This document shows, one piece after another, positions 11,976-25,144 of a DNA stretch of 64,000 bases. Each line of letters starts with the position of its first letter. Within the stretch, counting starts at the first letter, position 1. The notes beneath the pieces were generated by a model that made no database searches, was not told where the DNA came from, and worked only from the letters and a program-made list of their open reading frames with translations. Made by a program: the position numbers and the translations under genes. This DNA comes from Eledone cirrhosa (taxonomy: Eukaryota): NCBI GenBank assembly GCA_964016885.1, contig OZ024747.1:70928001-70992000 (forward strand), given 5' to 3'.

Positions 11976-13046
11976 ATTGTTACGTTGACATAGACAACCA
12001 GAATTACTGATATATTTATATCATTAATACTGAATATAACCACCCGGAGAAGAAGACGAGATGTCCATGGCTGGAGTGTGTGTTTAACGATGCAGCTTCA
12101 TGTCATAAATAAACCATATTTGTTTTATTTCCCGCGGGAGTAAAATAAGAAAATAGTTAATCATAGTTTAAGCTGGCGCACCACATTCGCTTCCTCTGGT
12201 ATTATGAATTACTTTACATTTATTATAAAGAGTAAACAAAACACTGTAGAAAATGTAGTCAAGAATATACGAAAGCAGCAGTGAAGATACGCAGGCTGTT
12301 GATAAAATGTTATTTAAAAGTAATTTTTTTAAGAGCTATTGCATAGAAACGAAGTTTTACAGCCAATATTTTCTAGAATAATTTGAGAACGATGCAAAAT
12401 ATAGAATAATCGGCGAAATAGACAGACACAAATAATGATTAAATAAAAAAAAAGTAAGAAAAAGGTAATGGATATTGTTAGTCGGTGTAGGATGTCAATC
12501 AAAATTGAACTAACTCAGCGTCGGTGACTGCCAGCGAAAATGAGGATTGCAAAAGAGAGAGGAACAAAGCAATGAAGATAGAAGGTGAATTTGTAATCTC
12601 TTTATCATATTAGTGTTTTATCTTATAGAAGGTTGCAGTTCTATTGAGTGGTTCAAAGCAGACTGAAATAGACACTAATAGCATTGTTGGAAAGAATTAT
12701 TTCACTGTGGGGATTGATACGCTCCAGCCATGACCTGAGTGTCTGATTTTATCATTCGAGTATTCAAGATTTAATTTAGTTGTTGGGTAATGTTTAAGCA
12801 TGCATGCATAAATTTACATATGATGTGTATTCAGCCAGTCATATAAAGTAACTAATCAATACGAACACACACACACACGTGTGTGTGTGTGTGTGTATGT
12901 GTGTATGTGTGTGTATGTGTGTGTGCGTGTGCGTGCACGTGTGTATATACATAGATGTCAGTTGTTCTATTGTATATATATCTAAGTAGGTATTCATTTA
13001 TCTCTCTTTCCCAAAATTACAATGCATAGATATTTACACCCACGCA

Positions 13047-13092
<46 letters not shown>

Positions 13093-13110
13093 CACGCCAC
13101 ACATACTCAC

Positions 13111-13157
<47 letters not shown>

Positions 13158-13422
13158 AGAGAGAGAGATCTTTGACCTCTTCCTTTATGCAATTCCCGTC
13201 TATTTAATATCATATCTAACACTGACTGACCATGTTAGAATTTGCCAAATTGTTCATTTCATGTCCAGTAAAACCTGTCACTGATAGAACCATCTGAACT
13301 AGAGAGACATTGAAGACTCTCCCTTTTCTTTTTCATTCTTTTCCCACATCTCTCGCTCTGATTCTCATTTCCTTGTCTCTGTTTATATTCTCTCTCTGTC
13401 TGTTTGTCTCTGTCTCTCTTCT

Positions 13423-13501
<79 letters not shown>

Positions 13502-14002
13502 CTTCCACACGCTTTTTCCTACAATCTCATGTCCTTAAGTGGGATCAGATATCTTTCATTTGCCCGTCATTTAGTCATTCTTCTTGGCTTCGCCCCCCTG
13601 TGAGATCAGTCTAACTGGTCATTCGTTTGCCTGTCCACTAGTCTGGACAGTCGTCAATATTTAAGGAAAAGCGTCGAAGAAATATAATGCTTAATGATTT
13701 ATTCATAATCTGTTGAAAGAGAGACCCTTTCTAATTTACGACTTTCATTTCGCCAACCAAAATTGTCTATAGTGCTGTGTATTGAATAACATTGTTTCCA
13801 GATGAATGTTTTCCAGAGAATTTTGGGTTTTATTTCGTTTAAGAGGATACATAACACAAATGTGATGGCAAATTGAACTAAAAAAATACCAAGGCAAACT
13901 GTATACTGGTCGTTAGACTTGCCAGAGGTAGCAGTTATGTGACCTTCAAATCCCTTCCTGCTGTCTTAGAAAAACAGTAAAATGTACATTAAATGATGTT
14001 GT

Positions 14003-14200
<198 letters not shown>

Positions 14201-14818
14201 CCTGAAAATTATATTAAGATAGCCATGGTTGAAATGCCTTTGATAATAGGTTTCTTCTATCATGGCGAATCTGGTACTAAACAGAAACTAAAATATATGC
14301 TACTTTTTGTTCTTGTCATGGTTTCTCCTTTTGTACCTATTTGTGCTTTTGACAAAACAGATTTCATTTGAGAGATATTTTTGCTTTAGCTTTCTTTTCT
14401 TTCTCTTTCGCAATATGCTTTGCATATCCTCTCCTCTCCCACTCGATGTTTTTACTTCACAGAACATAACTCTAGTTAAAACAAGTAAATGACATATTTC
14501 AACAATAGGTCACGAGGAAATCAATATACCCGTGGATAATGAAATATTGTTAATCAAAATAGAAATATAAACAAAATATCTCAGAATTTCTTAAAATAAA
14601 TAGAATCATGCTGAAAAAGCCACCAAGTTTACAAGAATATATATATATATATATATATATATACACCTTTTCCGTGAAACTACAAGCTTATATTTTACGT
14701 TTGGTTTAATCCTATTTCATTATTAACGACTAGCAATTCTTCAATAAATTCTGTCTAAATTTCGATGAAATGTTTTAGAGAAGACATTATCATTTTAATT
14801 ATTGACTTATAGAAAAAA

Positions 14819-15110
14819 TTCTTCTTCTTCTTCTTCTTCTTCTTCTTCTTCTTCTTCTTCTTCTTCTTCTTCTTCTTCTTCTTCTTCTTCTTCTTCTTCT
14901 TCTTCTTCTTCTTCTTCTTCTTCTTCTTCTTCTTCTTCTTCTTCTTCTTCTTCTTCTTCTTCTTCTTCTTCTTCTTCCTGAGAGGTTCGTGGACGCAGTG
15001 TTCTCAAGGACGCACTCCAGCAGGTCCTGTCAGAGACCACCGGCTCCAATTGATGCTTCTGGATCCCCAATGAGGCTAGCCAAGGTTATGGATATTATTC
15101 AACACGGAGG
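14819..15110 (-). mobile_element. Probable LINE (RTE-like) 3' end with a long (GAA)n tail
   Basis: Minus-strand frame LGIQKHQLEPVVSDRTCWSASL runs straight into ~53 GAA repeats; a DRxxW-type C-terminus with a simple-repeat tail is typical of RTE-type LINEs. Confidence 0.45.
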
Positions 15111-16730
15111 AATCGGATTTTGACTGCTTCTATTCGTGATTGTATTCCTTCAGCTATTACCCAAAATTGTTGACCATGGGTAAGGGCTGGCACGTATACC
15201 GAATTTAATATAGAGAGTTTGGTTTTTACATCTACCTCCCTTCTTCTCTTGACCAAATAAAAGATAAATGCCAGAGCCCTTCCTTCAATTTACCCAATAT
15301 GTCCAAAGGTTACTTTGCTAGTCATAAAAGCGAATGAAATAGCACGGTTGTTCAACCTACTAAAACAAAAACAACAGACAGAGTGGTCACTACTGATAAA
15401 TAGATGTAGTCATAAACGAGTTGTTGATGTGAAATAAAAGTACCTCCCATATAGTCAGGATCAGAAATACTATTGTAGGTAATATCCTTAGTAGATGGCT
15501 AACCAAGTTCACGGGGTAGCTGAAGAAACGTGGAGGTGCTTGCACACCTAGCTACCAACTTGCAATGCATTCAAAAGAATTGCGTTTAAAAAGTTCGATC
15601 ATTTCAAAAACTTTATTTGAAGTGTAATGGTTCGTTTGCTTATTGTTTTCATCTTGTTTAACACTACTATATAATTAGTTTATTTTCATCTTTACATTTG
15701 TTATAGGGAAGTTTGTTTGAAAATGCATTGGAATGTGATTGTAATTGGTACCATACATTTTGTTCGTAATCTGCTGTTCCTTTGAACATCTGACATGTGA
15801 GCATATTTGAAAGTCAACAGTGTCATTTGTATACATGATTGAATATGAACCAAACTAACGAAGCAAGCTCTATATCACGACAGATATAAATACTGTGCAA
15901 AATTGGGTTTTCAAATAAATGAGAAATGGGAATTGGGTAGAGTTAGATTTGAAATCAAAGAATTTATACGTTTTCTTCCTTACAAAATTGAACAAAGTTG
16001 TGATCATCGCGAAATAGTGTCAGCTTCGTTAGATAGTTTCGTATTCACAGACACATCACAGCTCGCGTTCCATTTTAGATTATTCATTTTCATCATATCG
16101 TATAGAAATTTACAATCATGATCATCATTATCTTGTACCTGAAAGAATGAACACAAATAACGTAAAAGCATTTTATTTGGAGCAAATTGTTAAAACCTTC
16201 TGGTGGTTAAATTAAAAGATGTTAGTTACTATTTGAAGTTTATGATCAAGTCATTATATTTTATGTTTTTAATCACACTTATCCTATGATTCATATTAAT
16301 GACAGTCATTCTTATCAGAACTACAAGAATGTTTTATTCTATAAATTGTTTAATTGTATTTGAAGATTTTACGTATTTTCTGATCTAGAGGAGGGTAACT
16401 TTGACGGTGGAAAAAATAGATAGATATAGCTGCATTTGTAGAACTGATATTCTCGAAGAGAAATATAACTCCATTGATGAGTTTCAGCATCGTTTCTCCT
16501 TGGTTTAAATTCGCTCGATTGCACATATAGAAACGTCTCTGACAAGGTTTGAACTTTGTCACGTTTGCTTTCATGTATATTATATATATATACAGCTAAC
16601 TTATTCCGAATAGATATCTGAGATATATAGTGAATAAAGGAGTGAAAGAAAAAGTCGTGGATCTGGAGGAGGATTGGCTAAGGTATACGTGCATATTAAA
16701 TAAAAAAAAGATAGTTTATATATATATATA

Positions 16731-17230
16731 CTAGCTGTCCCGCCCGGCTGGCGCCTGGCTAAGTATACCGGCATTTTATCTTTTCAGGATTCCCCCTTCA
16801 CTCCAGTGCAAAGATACCGCACGCCCTCTCAAGTCAGCGAAGGTGTGTGTGTGTGTGTTGGTTAACGTGTTCTAATGTTTTAGAATTCTCCATTTCAGCA
16901 GCAAGTACGTTAAAGAAAATTAATAGTTACAACTATAAAGGCTGAACAGAGAACACATTTTTTTAACAAACTTTACAATAATTTGTACAACCATAATGGA
17001 AATTCCAAGTAACAGAAAATACATAAATTACATTGTTAGAGCCTCGGAGTATACAATATTTTTTGTTCGGCCCTCGGGAGCAAAGATGAAGAGATTGTTT
17101 CGCGAGCTCACCATAGAGCATCCTACATATAATTGACCATGGGAGAAGCATGGTTTTCCCAGATGAAGGCCAGCCACTTTTAGGGTTTGACCCTGAGCTT
17201 TGTTGATGGTAATCGCGAAGCTTAGTCTTT
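16731..17230 (-). mobile_element. Helitron 3' part
   Basis: Minus strand ends with a GC-rich hairpin region then CTAG|T at 16731; helicase C-terminus lies upstream. Confidence 0.85.
17028..17230 (-). pseudogene. Helitron RepHel Pif1-like helicase C-terminal fragment
   Basis: LSFAITINKAQGQTLKVAGLHLGKPCFSHGQLYVGCS...TKNIVYSEAL. Confidence 0.9.
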
Positions 17231-17405
17231 CTGTTGCTCTAGTTACATTTTTTCTTCTGGAAAATCTGATCTCGTGACTTGTCTGGGACTTTTTGGGTGG
17301 CATATCGGTAGTAACAATGACGATAAGCCGTCTGTGCTTTCGTGAAATAAATACGTTTGTTTTTTTTTATTTTTGTGTATGCAAAAGTATCTGTACACGA
17401 ATATA

Positions 17406-17489
<84 letters not shown>

Positions 17490-17513
17490 TATCTATATAT
17501 ATATATAAATATC

Positions 17514-17803
17514 ATTAAAGTTTAAGCAAAAAATCGCTGCTTTCACCCTTAACGGGATCTTCTGAAACAAAAAAAATCAATCTGTGAACGCAGAAGTAAA
17601 TATTTCGAAAATCGTTGCAACTGAAGGAAAACAGGAAGACGATAATTTGGTTCGTCAAGACGTTCCCTGGCAATGAACGGAAAAAAAGCGAAGATAATAC
17701 GTCAACAATGAGAACAATATTTTCTCTAGGGTTTTATATATTTGATATATATTTATCCTTATCGAGCCCTCTTTGGATTTTACTCTTCACATTTATTATT
17801 ACT
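17514..17803. mobile_element. Family A two-ended terminal insertion
   Basis: Minus arm (17514-~17715) includes the hammerhead-like motif; plus arm (~17730-17803) is the long terminus ending ATTATTACT; flanked by (TA)n. Confidence 0.8.
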
Positions 17804-17804
17804 A

Positions 17805-17876
<72 letters not shown>

Positions 17877-18096
17877 CGTTTCTGAATTTGTTTAGCAAGA
17901 TTCTTTATCTGAAATCGTGTGTTGAAACCGATATTGTTATACTTTGGGAGGGTCATGTTGCCAATAAGAAACACACGCACCAGTTGCTTTCACTTCAATT
18001 TATTATATATTTATAAATTTATAAATTTACAAATCTACAAACTTATAAATTTCTGGTTGGTTGGTTGGTTCCACAACCAGATAGTTGTTTATATAT

Positions 18097-18141
18097 AGTC
18101 ATAGTCCTTTCGTCACACACTCTGTGACCTCTTCAGTGACT
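18097..18141 (-). ncRNA. Minimal type I hammerhead ribozyme, family B 3' UTR (minus arm)
   Basis: AGTCA-CTGAAGA-G-GTCAC..GTGAC-GAAA-GGAC-TA-TGACT. Confidence 0.75.
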
Positions 18142-18345
18142 GGGGATTCCTTTCTTTGTTTCTGTGCCTTTCCTTTCTTCTGTCCTACGCCATTTTGTTT
18201 TTGTGTGTGCGTTGTGTGCTCAGTTTGCGCATGCGCCACATCCGGGTGTCTGTGTTTGTTTGTGTTCATTTATCTATTTGTTTATTTATTTACATGTTGT
18301 TGGTTGGTTGTTTGTTCTATGTGTGTGTGTGTTTTCATTTTGTCC

Positions 18346-20168
18346 TTAATTGTAAGTTGTGATGTTGCTGTTCCACTCATATTTTCTATTTAATTTTGGT
18401 TGTAATTCTTTTATGCTTACTGCCTCTGTAATTTGCCTAAACATTGCATCTTTTCTGTGTGTGGATTCTATTTTTATTTCTATGTTCTCTAATTTACCCT
18501 TGTGTTCTATCTTAGCATGTTGGTAGAGTACAGATGATTCTTTATTATCTTGAAGGTCTCGCCAGTGTTCATTTATCCGTTCCCCTATACTACGAGCTGT
18601 CTCACCTATGTACACTATATTTTTGTTTCTACATTGTCCTTCAGTACATCTTATGCTATACACTACATTTCTAGTTTTACAGTTAAAATGGGGGCTTATT
18701 TTACAGGTTATACATTTCTTATCTATACATGAGGGTCTTTGGAACGGGTATGTCTTGCTAATAATGTTTTTACGGAGGTACCTGGTCTTTCTACTATCTT
18801 AATATTGAGTTTATGTTTATTTAGGGCCCTTCTAAATTTGTAGGCTAGTTCACCTCTAGGGGTTGTATTGATGAACATTACACTCTGGTATTTATTGCTA
18901 TCATACCATGAGTTTATTCTATTGGCCTTGTTCCTAGTTCTTTCTATTCTATTCCAAAATTTGCTCCTATACAAGGGGCTTGTCCCATTTATGTCATTAT
19001 TTACCATTTTTTGCCATTTGGTTCTGGCTCCTCTATACACTCTGATTCTATCTCTCTGATTGTAGCCAGAGAACTGCATACGGTGGATGAAGTGTTGTAT
19101 GTGTCTCTCTAGTTCTTCGGGGTTGCACATGCGGGACACATTTCTCATCACCCGTACCAAATCCGCAATCAGTATGTTGATTTTGGTATGGTCCGAAATG
19201 GCCGAGTTTCGGTGGATCAGATGTTTGGAAGTCATGGGTTTGGCATAATGGGAATGGAGGATTTGTTTTTGGTTGTTAATGGTATCTAACCAGAGCTCTG
19301 TGTCTAGTACAGGTAATCGATGGTTGGGGTGTCTACTTGGGTAGTCTATAGTAACTCTAATGCTCTGGTGGATGGAGTTTGCTATTTGCTGGATGCTTTC
19401 CATTGTGTTTTTCTCTAGTTCCTGACTGTTCTCTAGTGGGGGTGTCTTAACTACAATGTTTATATCATCTACGTAGCGGGAGTACATTATCAGGGTTAAG
19501 CTGTCTTCTAATTGTTCTTTAAGTTTAAGTTTAAGTCTACTGTCCCACCATACCATGAATAAGTTAGCTATGTCGCCTGCAATGCTAACACCAATGGCTG
19601 CTCCTTCCTCTTGGGCATATGTTTTTCCATTAAATTTGAACATATGTTCAAATGGTAGGTGGTCTGCCTCTTGCTGGTCTTGTAGGGCACAGGTTGCTAA
19701 GGTCATAAGTGTCTAGGTAACTATTACTATGGGTAAGCTTAAGTAGAAGTCCCAGCTCACTGGTATCAATCCCACGGAACTCAACCTTGCTCTCGCTGAT
19801 CATTTCTACGCATTTCTCCACAGCAAAATCCACGTCAATAGATGGATACAGGGACACAACATCCATACTGCCTATTATGCAGTTTGTTAGGTCCCAAGAT
19901 CGGTTACCCACGCCGATTCTGCCGAGGAGGTCCTCCGTGCTGTCACATACATCTGGGGACATCTCAATGATGGGGCGTATGATCAGGGAGAGGAAGTAGG
20001 ACAGTCTGTAGTTACTAGCAATGTTAGCTCCACAGACTGGCCGTGTTGGTGGTCCCGCGACAGGGTCACAGCCCGTTTTATGGTCTTTTCGAAGCCCATA
20101 CAACGCCGGCACGTCATTGTTCCAGGCCTGGAAGTTGTTGGCAGTCCTTTTGTTGGGCTGCATTATAT
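18346..20168 (-). pseudogene. PLE RT + GIY-YIG, disrupted copy
   Basis: Same protein as the plus arm, plus extra upstream RT motifs PALYGLRKDHK and RPVCGA; ~135-bp deletion near 19650 and frameshifts near 18720-18770. Confidence 0.9.
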
Positions 20169-21940
20169 CATACGCCCCATCATTGAGATGTCCCCAGATG
20201 TATGTGACAGCACGGAGGACCTCCTCGGCAGAATCGGCGTGGGTAACCGATCTGGGGGACCTAACAAACTGCATAATAGGCAGTATGGATGTTGTGTCCC
20301 TGTATCCATCTATTGACGTGGATTTTGCTGTGGAGAAATGCGTAGAAATGATCAGCGAGAGCAAGGTTGAGTTCCGTGGGATTGATACCAGTGAGCTGGG
20401 ACTTCTACTTAAGCTTACTCATAGTAATATTTACCTAGACACTTATGACCTTAGCAACCTGTGCCCTACAAGACCAGCAAGAGGCAGACCACCTACCATT
20501 ACCTCAATGGCCAAGAAAACCCACACAGATAGATGGAACGCGTGGACCAGAGCCATACGGACACCCGAAAACCACGATGAACTGAAGAAAATGATTGCAC
20601 ATGCGGTAGAGGCCAGCATAAAATTAACCCTTAAGGAACATATGTTCAAATTTAATGGAAAAACATATGCCCAAGAGGAAGGAGCAGCCATTGGTGTTAG
20701 CATTGCAGGCGACATAGCTAACTTATTCATGGTATGGTGGGACAGTAGACTTAAACTTAAACTTAAAGAACAATTAGAAGACAGCTTAACCCTGATAATG
20801 TACTCCCGCTACGTAGATGATATAAACATTGTAGTTAAGACACCCCCACTAGAGAACAGTCAGGAACTAGAGAAAAACACAATGGAAAGCATCCAGCAAA
20901 TAGCAAACTCCATCCACCAGAGCATTAGAGTTACTATAGACTACCCAAGTAGACACCCCAACCATCGATTACCTGTACTAGACACAGAGCTCTGGTTAGA
21001 TACCATTAACAACCAAAAACAAATCCTCCATTCCCATTATGCCAAACCCATGACTTCCAAACATCTGATCCACCGAAACTCGGCCATTTCGGACCATACC
21101 AAAATCAACATACTGATTGCGGATTTGGTACGGGTGATGAGAAATGTGTCCCGCATGTGCAACCCCGAAGAACTAGAGAGACACATACAACACTTCATCC
21201 ACCGTATGCAGTTCTCTGGCTACAATCAGAGAGATAGAATCAGAGTGTATAGAGGAGCCAGAACCAAATGGCAAAAAATGGTAAATAATGACATAAATGG
21301 GACAAGCCCCTTGTATAGGAGCAAATTTTGGAATAGAATAGAAAGAACTAGGAACAAGGCCAATAGAATAAACTCATGGTATGATAGCAATAAATACCAG
21401 AGTGTAATGTTCATCAATACAACCCCTAGAGGCGAACTAGCCTACAAATTTAGAAGGGCTCTAAATAAACATAAACTCAATATTAAGATAGTAGAAAGAC
21501 CAGGTACCTCCGTAAAAACACTTATTAGCAAGACATACCCGTTCCAAAGACCCTCATGTATAGATAAGAAATGTATAACCTGTAAAATAAGCCCCCATAT
21601 TAACTGTAAAACTAGAAATGTAGTGTATAGCATAAGATGTACTGAAGGACAATGTAGAAACAAAAATATAGTGTACATAGGTGAGACAGCTCGTAGTATA
21701 GGGGAACAGATAAATGAACACTGGCGAGACCTTCAAGATAATAAAGAATCATCTGTACTCTACCAACATGCTAAGATAGAACACAAGGGTAAATTAGAGA
21801 ACATAGAAATAAAAATAGAATCCACACACAGAAAAGATGCAATGTTTAGGCAAATTACAGAGGCAGTAAGCATAAAAGAATTACAACCAAAATTAAATAG
21901 AAAATATGAGTGGAACAGCAACATCACAACTTACAATTAA
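20021..21940 (+). CDS. PLE reverse transcriptase / GIY-YIG endonuclease polyprotein (5'-truncated; genuine frame from ~20258)
   Basis: GSMDVVSLYPSI, QEEGAAIG, MVWWD, RYVDD, LPVLD, CIDKKCITC...C linker, NVVYSIRC...YIGETAR..EH; the first ~78 codons are junction-derived. Confidence 0.92.
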   Translation: MLAPQTGRVGGPATGSQPVLWSFRSPYNAGTSLFQAWKLLAVLLLGCIISYAPSLRCPQMYVTARRTSSAESAWVTDLGDLTNCIIGSMDVVSLYPSIDVDFAVEKCVEMISESKVEFRGIDTSELGLLLKLTHSNIYLDTYDLSNLCPTRPARGRPPTITSMAKKTHTDRWNAWTRAIRTPENHDELKKMIAHAVEASIKLTLKEHMFKFNGKTYAQEEGAAIGVSIAGDIANLFMVWWDSRLKLKLKEQLEDSLTLIMYSRYVDDINIVVKTPPLENSQELEKNTMESIQQIANSIHQSIRVTIDYPSRHPNHRLPVLDTELWLDTINNQKQILHSHYAKPMTSKHLIHRNSAISDHTKINILIADLVRVMRNVSRMCNPEELERHIQHFIHRMQFSGYNQRDRIRVYRGARTKWQKMVNNDINGTSPLYRSKFWNRIERTRNKANRINSWYDSNKYQSVMFINTTPRGELAYKFRRALNKHKLNIKIVERPGTSVKTLISKTYPFQRPSCIDKKCITCKISPHINCKTRNVVYSIRCTEGQCRNKNIVYIGETARSIGEQINEHWRDLQDNKESSVLYQHAKIEHKGKLENIEIKIESTHRKDAMFRQITEAVSIKELQPKLNRKYEWNSNITTYN

Positions 21941-22144
21941 GGACAAAATAAAAACACACACACACATAGAACAAACAACCAACCAACAACATGTAAATAA
22001 ATAAACAAATAGATAAATGAACACAAACACACACAGACACCCGGATGTGGCGCATGCAAAAACTGAGCACACAACACACACACAGAAACAAAATGGCGTA
22101 GGACAGAAGAAAGGAAAGGCACAGAAACAAAGAAAGGAATCCCC

Positions 22145-22189
22145 AGTCACTGAAGAGGTCATAGAGTGTGGGACGAAAGATCTATGACT
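22145..22189 (+). ncRNA. Minimal type I hammerhead ribozyme, family B 3' UTR (plus arm)
   Basis: AGTCA-CTGAAGA-GGTC..GAC-GAAA-GATC-TA-TGACT with palindromic stem III AGATCT. Confidence 0.75.
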
Positions 22190-22347
22190 ATATATAAACA
22201 ACTATCTGGTTGTGGAACCAACCAACCAACCAGAAATTTATAAGTTTGTAGATTTGTAAATTTATAAATTTATAAATATATAATAAATTGAAGTGAAAGC
22301 AACTGGTGCGTGTGTTTCTTATTGGCAACATGACCCTCCCAAAGTAT

Positions 22348-22422
<75 letters not shown>

Positions 22423-22423
22423 A

Positions 22424-22497
<74 letters not shown>

Positions 22498-22502
<5 letters not shown>

Positions 22503-22835
22503 TGTAATAAACAACATAAGGCAATTATTCCATTTACCAGTGGTTTCTTAAAAACAAAATATTTTGCTTTCAATCATCAGAATGAAAAAATCCTGGTATG
22601 TTTATTGAACTTGGAATTTAAAAACAACGTTTTTAATGTTGTTTTTAAAATCCAAATTCAATAAACAGACCAGGATTTTTTCATTCTGATGATTGAAAGC
22701 AATTTTTTTTGCTTTTAAGAAACCACTGGTAAATGGAATAATTGCCTTATGTTGTTTATTACATAACTATTAAGCTCTGTTACCTACATAGAGCACTCTT
22801 TTTTCCTGGACTTTTCCGTCGGAATTACTTCATTC
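22498..22835. mobile_element. Family E two-ended fold-back insertion with ultra-minimal hammerhead-like core
   Basis: ~130-bp inverted arms around ~22634; CTGATGA-TT-GAAA in both arms; right arm has an extra ~65-nt tail; microsatellite flanks. Confidence 0.7.
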
Positions 22836-22846
22836 ACACACACACA

Positions 22847-22922
<76 letters not shown>

Positions 22923-22988
22923 TAATTATTGAGAGGGCGTGCGGTATCTTTGCACTGAATTAATTAAAATTTGGTTAGAAGCGAAGTC

Positions 22989-23112
22989 AATGCAGACATG
23001 CAGCCAGACAGACAGATATTATAAGCATGCGAAGTTATAGCTATGTATCTAATGCAGACAGCCAAACATGCAGAGACATATTATAAGGGCCCGAGGTTAT
23101 AGCTATGTATCT
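22989..23112 (+). repeat. ~61-bp tandem duplication
   Basis: AATGCAGACA...TATTATAAG...GTTATAGCTATGTATCT occurs twice. Confidence 0.6.
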
Positions 23113-23164
23113 ATCTAAATAGACAGACTAAGAAAGAGAGAGGAATGTTGTATATGCGGAAGTG

Positions 23165-23365
23165 TTGACATTTGAAAATTTTAAAGGAGTGAATATTTAA
23201 ATAAACGATAAAATATCTTTAGTCTTTTAACGAAATTTACAAGACAAAAATACCCTCACTTTCTTACTTGGAAAAAGTGACATCTATGGTGCAAATTTGG
23301 TGCTTTTTGGTCCAGCCGTTTGGCGAAAAGTTTGTTACATACATACGGCCGTCAGCTTTATAATA
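23165..23365 (-). mobile_element. Probable non-autonomous Helitron-like 5' region
   Basis: Minus strand TATTATAAAGCTGA..GTATGTATGTAAC..AAACGGCTGGACC..AAATTTGCACC resembles the 5' ends of invertebrate non-autonomous Helitrons. Confidence 0.45.
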
Positions 23366-23372
23366 TAATATA

Positions 23373-23472
<100 letters not shown>

Positions 23473-23550
23473 GCATATACATACGGATTTGTGTGCTTGG
23501 GTGTATGTGAGTTTATGTAAGTGTGTTTGTGTGTGTGTGTGCGAGTATTT

Positions 23551-23608
<58 letters not shown>

Positions 23609-24339
23609 TATTACGGAGTGTGTGTTAGAAAGTGGAAAGAAAGAATATTAGAATTTGTGTAAGTGAAAGAAGAAACAATAATGGAAAAAGTTAGTGAAAA
23701 GAAAGTTTGGAAGGATTGATTAGATAGAGATCGAGATAGCAGAGAGAAAGAATGTGGCGGATAGCGAGAGTGTTGGGGAGATGAAATGCGAGAAGATAGT
23801 ATAAGAAGACACAATGAATGATTAATGTAGAATGAAACACTAGGTACAAATCTTCAATTTTAATAGACATGTGTATAATCATACTTATTTTATCATTCTG
23901 AAAATTCCTCCACGGTTGATATAATAAGTTAGTAATCTATGATGGTTGGTTGGCAGAATTTTTAGAGCGTTGGATAAAAATGTTTTGCGGAATTTTTCTG
24001 GCAATTTATGTTCTGAGTGCTCTAGCAGATGTGGCTATTTTGTATCTAACCGACAATATAGTGTATGGGAAGGAAGGCAGAAAACCACCTTTGAGTTTTC
24101 CAACAAGAATTCTATGTTATGTACATAGTGCTTATGAAGGAAGACACCACGAGTATTTTTTTTTCCTGATGATGCAAAAAAGAAAGAATGAAAACTCGTC
24201 AACCTACTGTACTATTTGCACGTAAATGGACGTAACTAAACGCATCAAATGATTTTGCTCGACGCTCTAGCGGTTCGAAAACATATCATGATGTAACAGA
24301 TGCATACTGGTTAAGAGAATCACTGGAATACTAATCTAA

Positions 24340-24520
24340 ATATCTTGAAATATTAGTTACGTCTCTTCGGGTTCTGAGTTCAAATACCAGCGAGGTTTAT
24401 TATGCCTTTCATCATTTGGGCTCAATGTAATAAATACTTGTCTAGTACTATAGCAGATTTAATAGACTCTGTACCTTCACATAAAATGTCTGACCTTCTG
24501 ATTACATTAGACATTATTAT
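24340..24520 (+). mobile_element. Diverged SINE family 1
   Basis: GTTCTGAGTTCAAATACC..GCCTTTCATC. Confidence 0.55.
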
Positions 24521-25144
24521 TACGGAGTAAAAAGCAAGAAAAATAGGAAAAGGGGTGATGAGAAGTCAGAGAGGGAGAGACAGGGAGGTTTTAGAAAGTG
24601 TTGGGGAGGGGAATATGGTATAATGTAAGAAATTGAGAAATACTGTGAGTCAGAAAAAATAAAACAATGAAAGAGAAAGAAAGGGTAAAGAATGGAAAAT
24701 AAAGGAGAGAAATATAGGCGGATGAATACAGTCAGTGAAAAGAGACGGTGAAATATGTGATTAAGATGTAAATGAAAGTAGTAAAGACGATGGAGATAGA
24801 AAGAGAAGTGTAGAGAATAGTAAAAAGAAAGAGAAACGGAATAAACTTGGAAAGAAACTATAGAAGACATATGGTGAAAGAGAAAAGATTGAATGAGAGA
24901 GAAATGAAATGAAAGAAGATTGAGGATTGTTTGAGAGATATAGAAAAGCGAAGTGAGAGAGTGAGAGAGAAAAAAGTTGGAAGTTGTAATCAAGATGGAT
25001 TGGTGTTAAGTTGGTGAGTAACATAAAATGGATCAGTTAAAAGTTGGGTTTGGTTTCAGTGAAAGAATGATGGCTGCATAGTGGCTGAAGCTTCGGAAGT
25101 AGGTCGAACTAGTAAGATGGACAGGAATTTCAGAAGACGTTGGA

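Larger units (their letters stand above)
17873..22352. mobile_element. Penelope-like retroelement family B, head-to-head inverted duplication
   Basis: 17931-~19984 is the reverse complement of ~20167-22352; junction at ~20167; 57-bp tail at 17873-17930; (TA)n on both sides. Confidence 0.93.

Noticed and set aside
20021-20257. N-terminus of the 639-aa ORF, and the 19648-20364 ORF as a separate gene
   Set aside because: Both read across the inversion junction: antisense of the opposite arm, plus a 1-bp frameshift near 20255
20258-21940. Selenocysteine-type PLE (in-frame TGA at Cys positions)
   Set aside because: The frame is open, with ordinary Cys residues in the linker and endonuclease; no in-frame TGA
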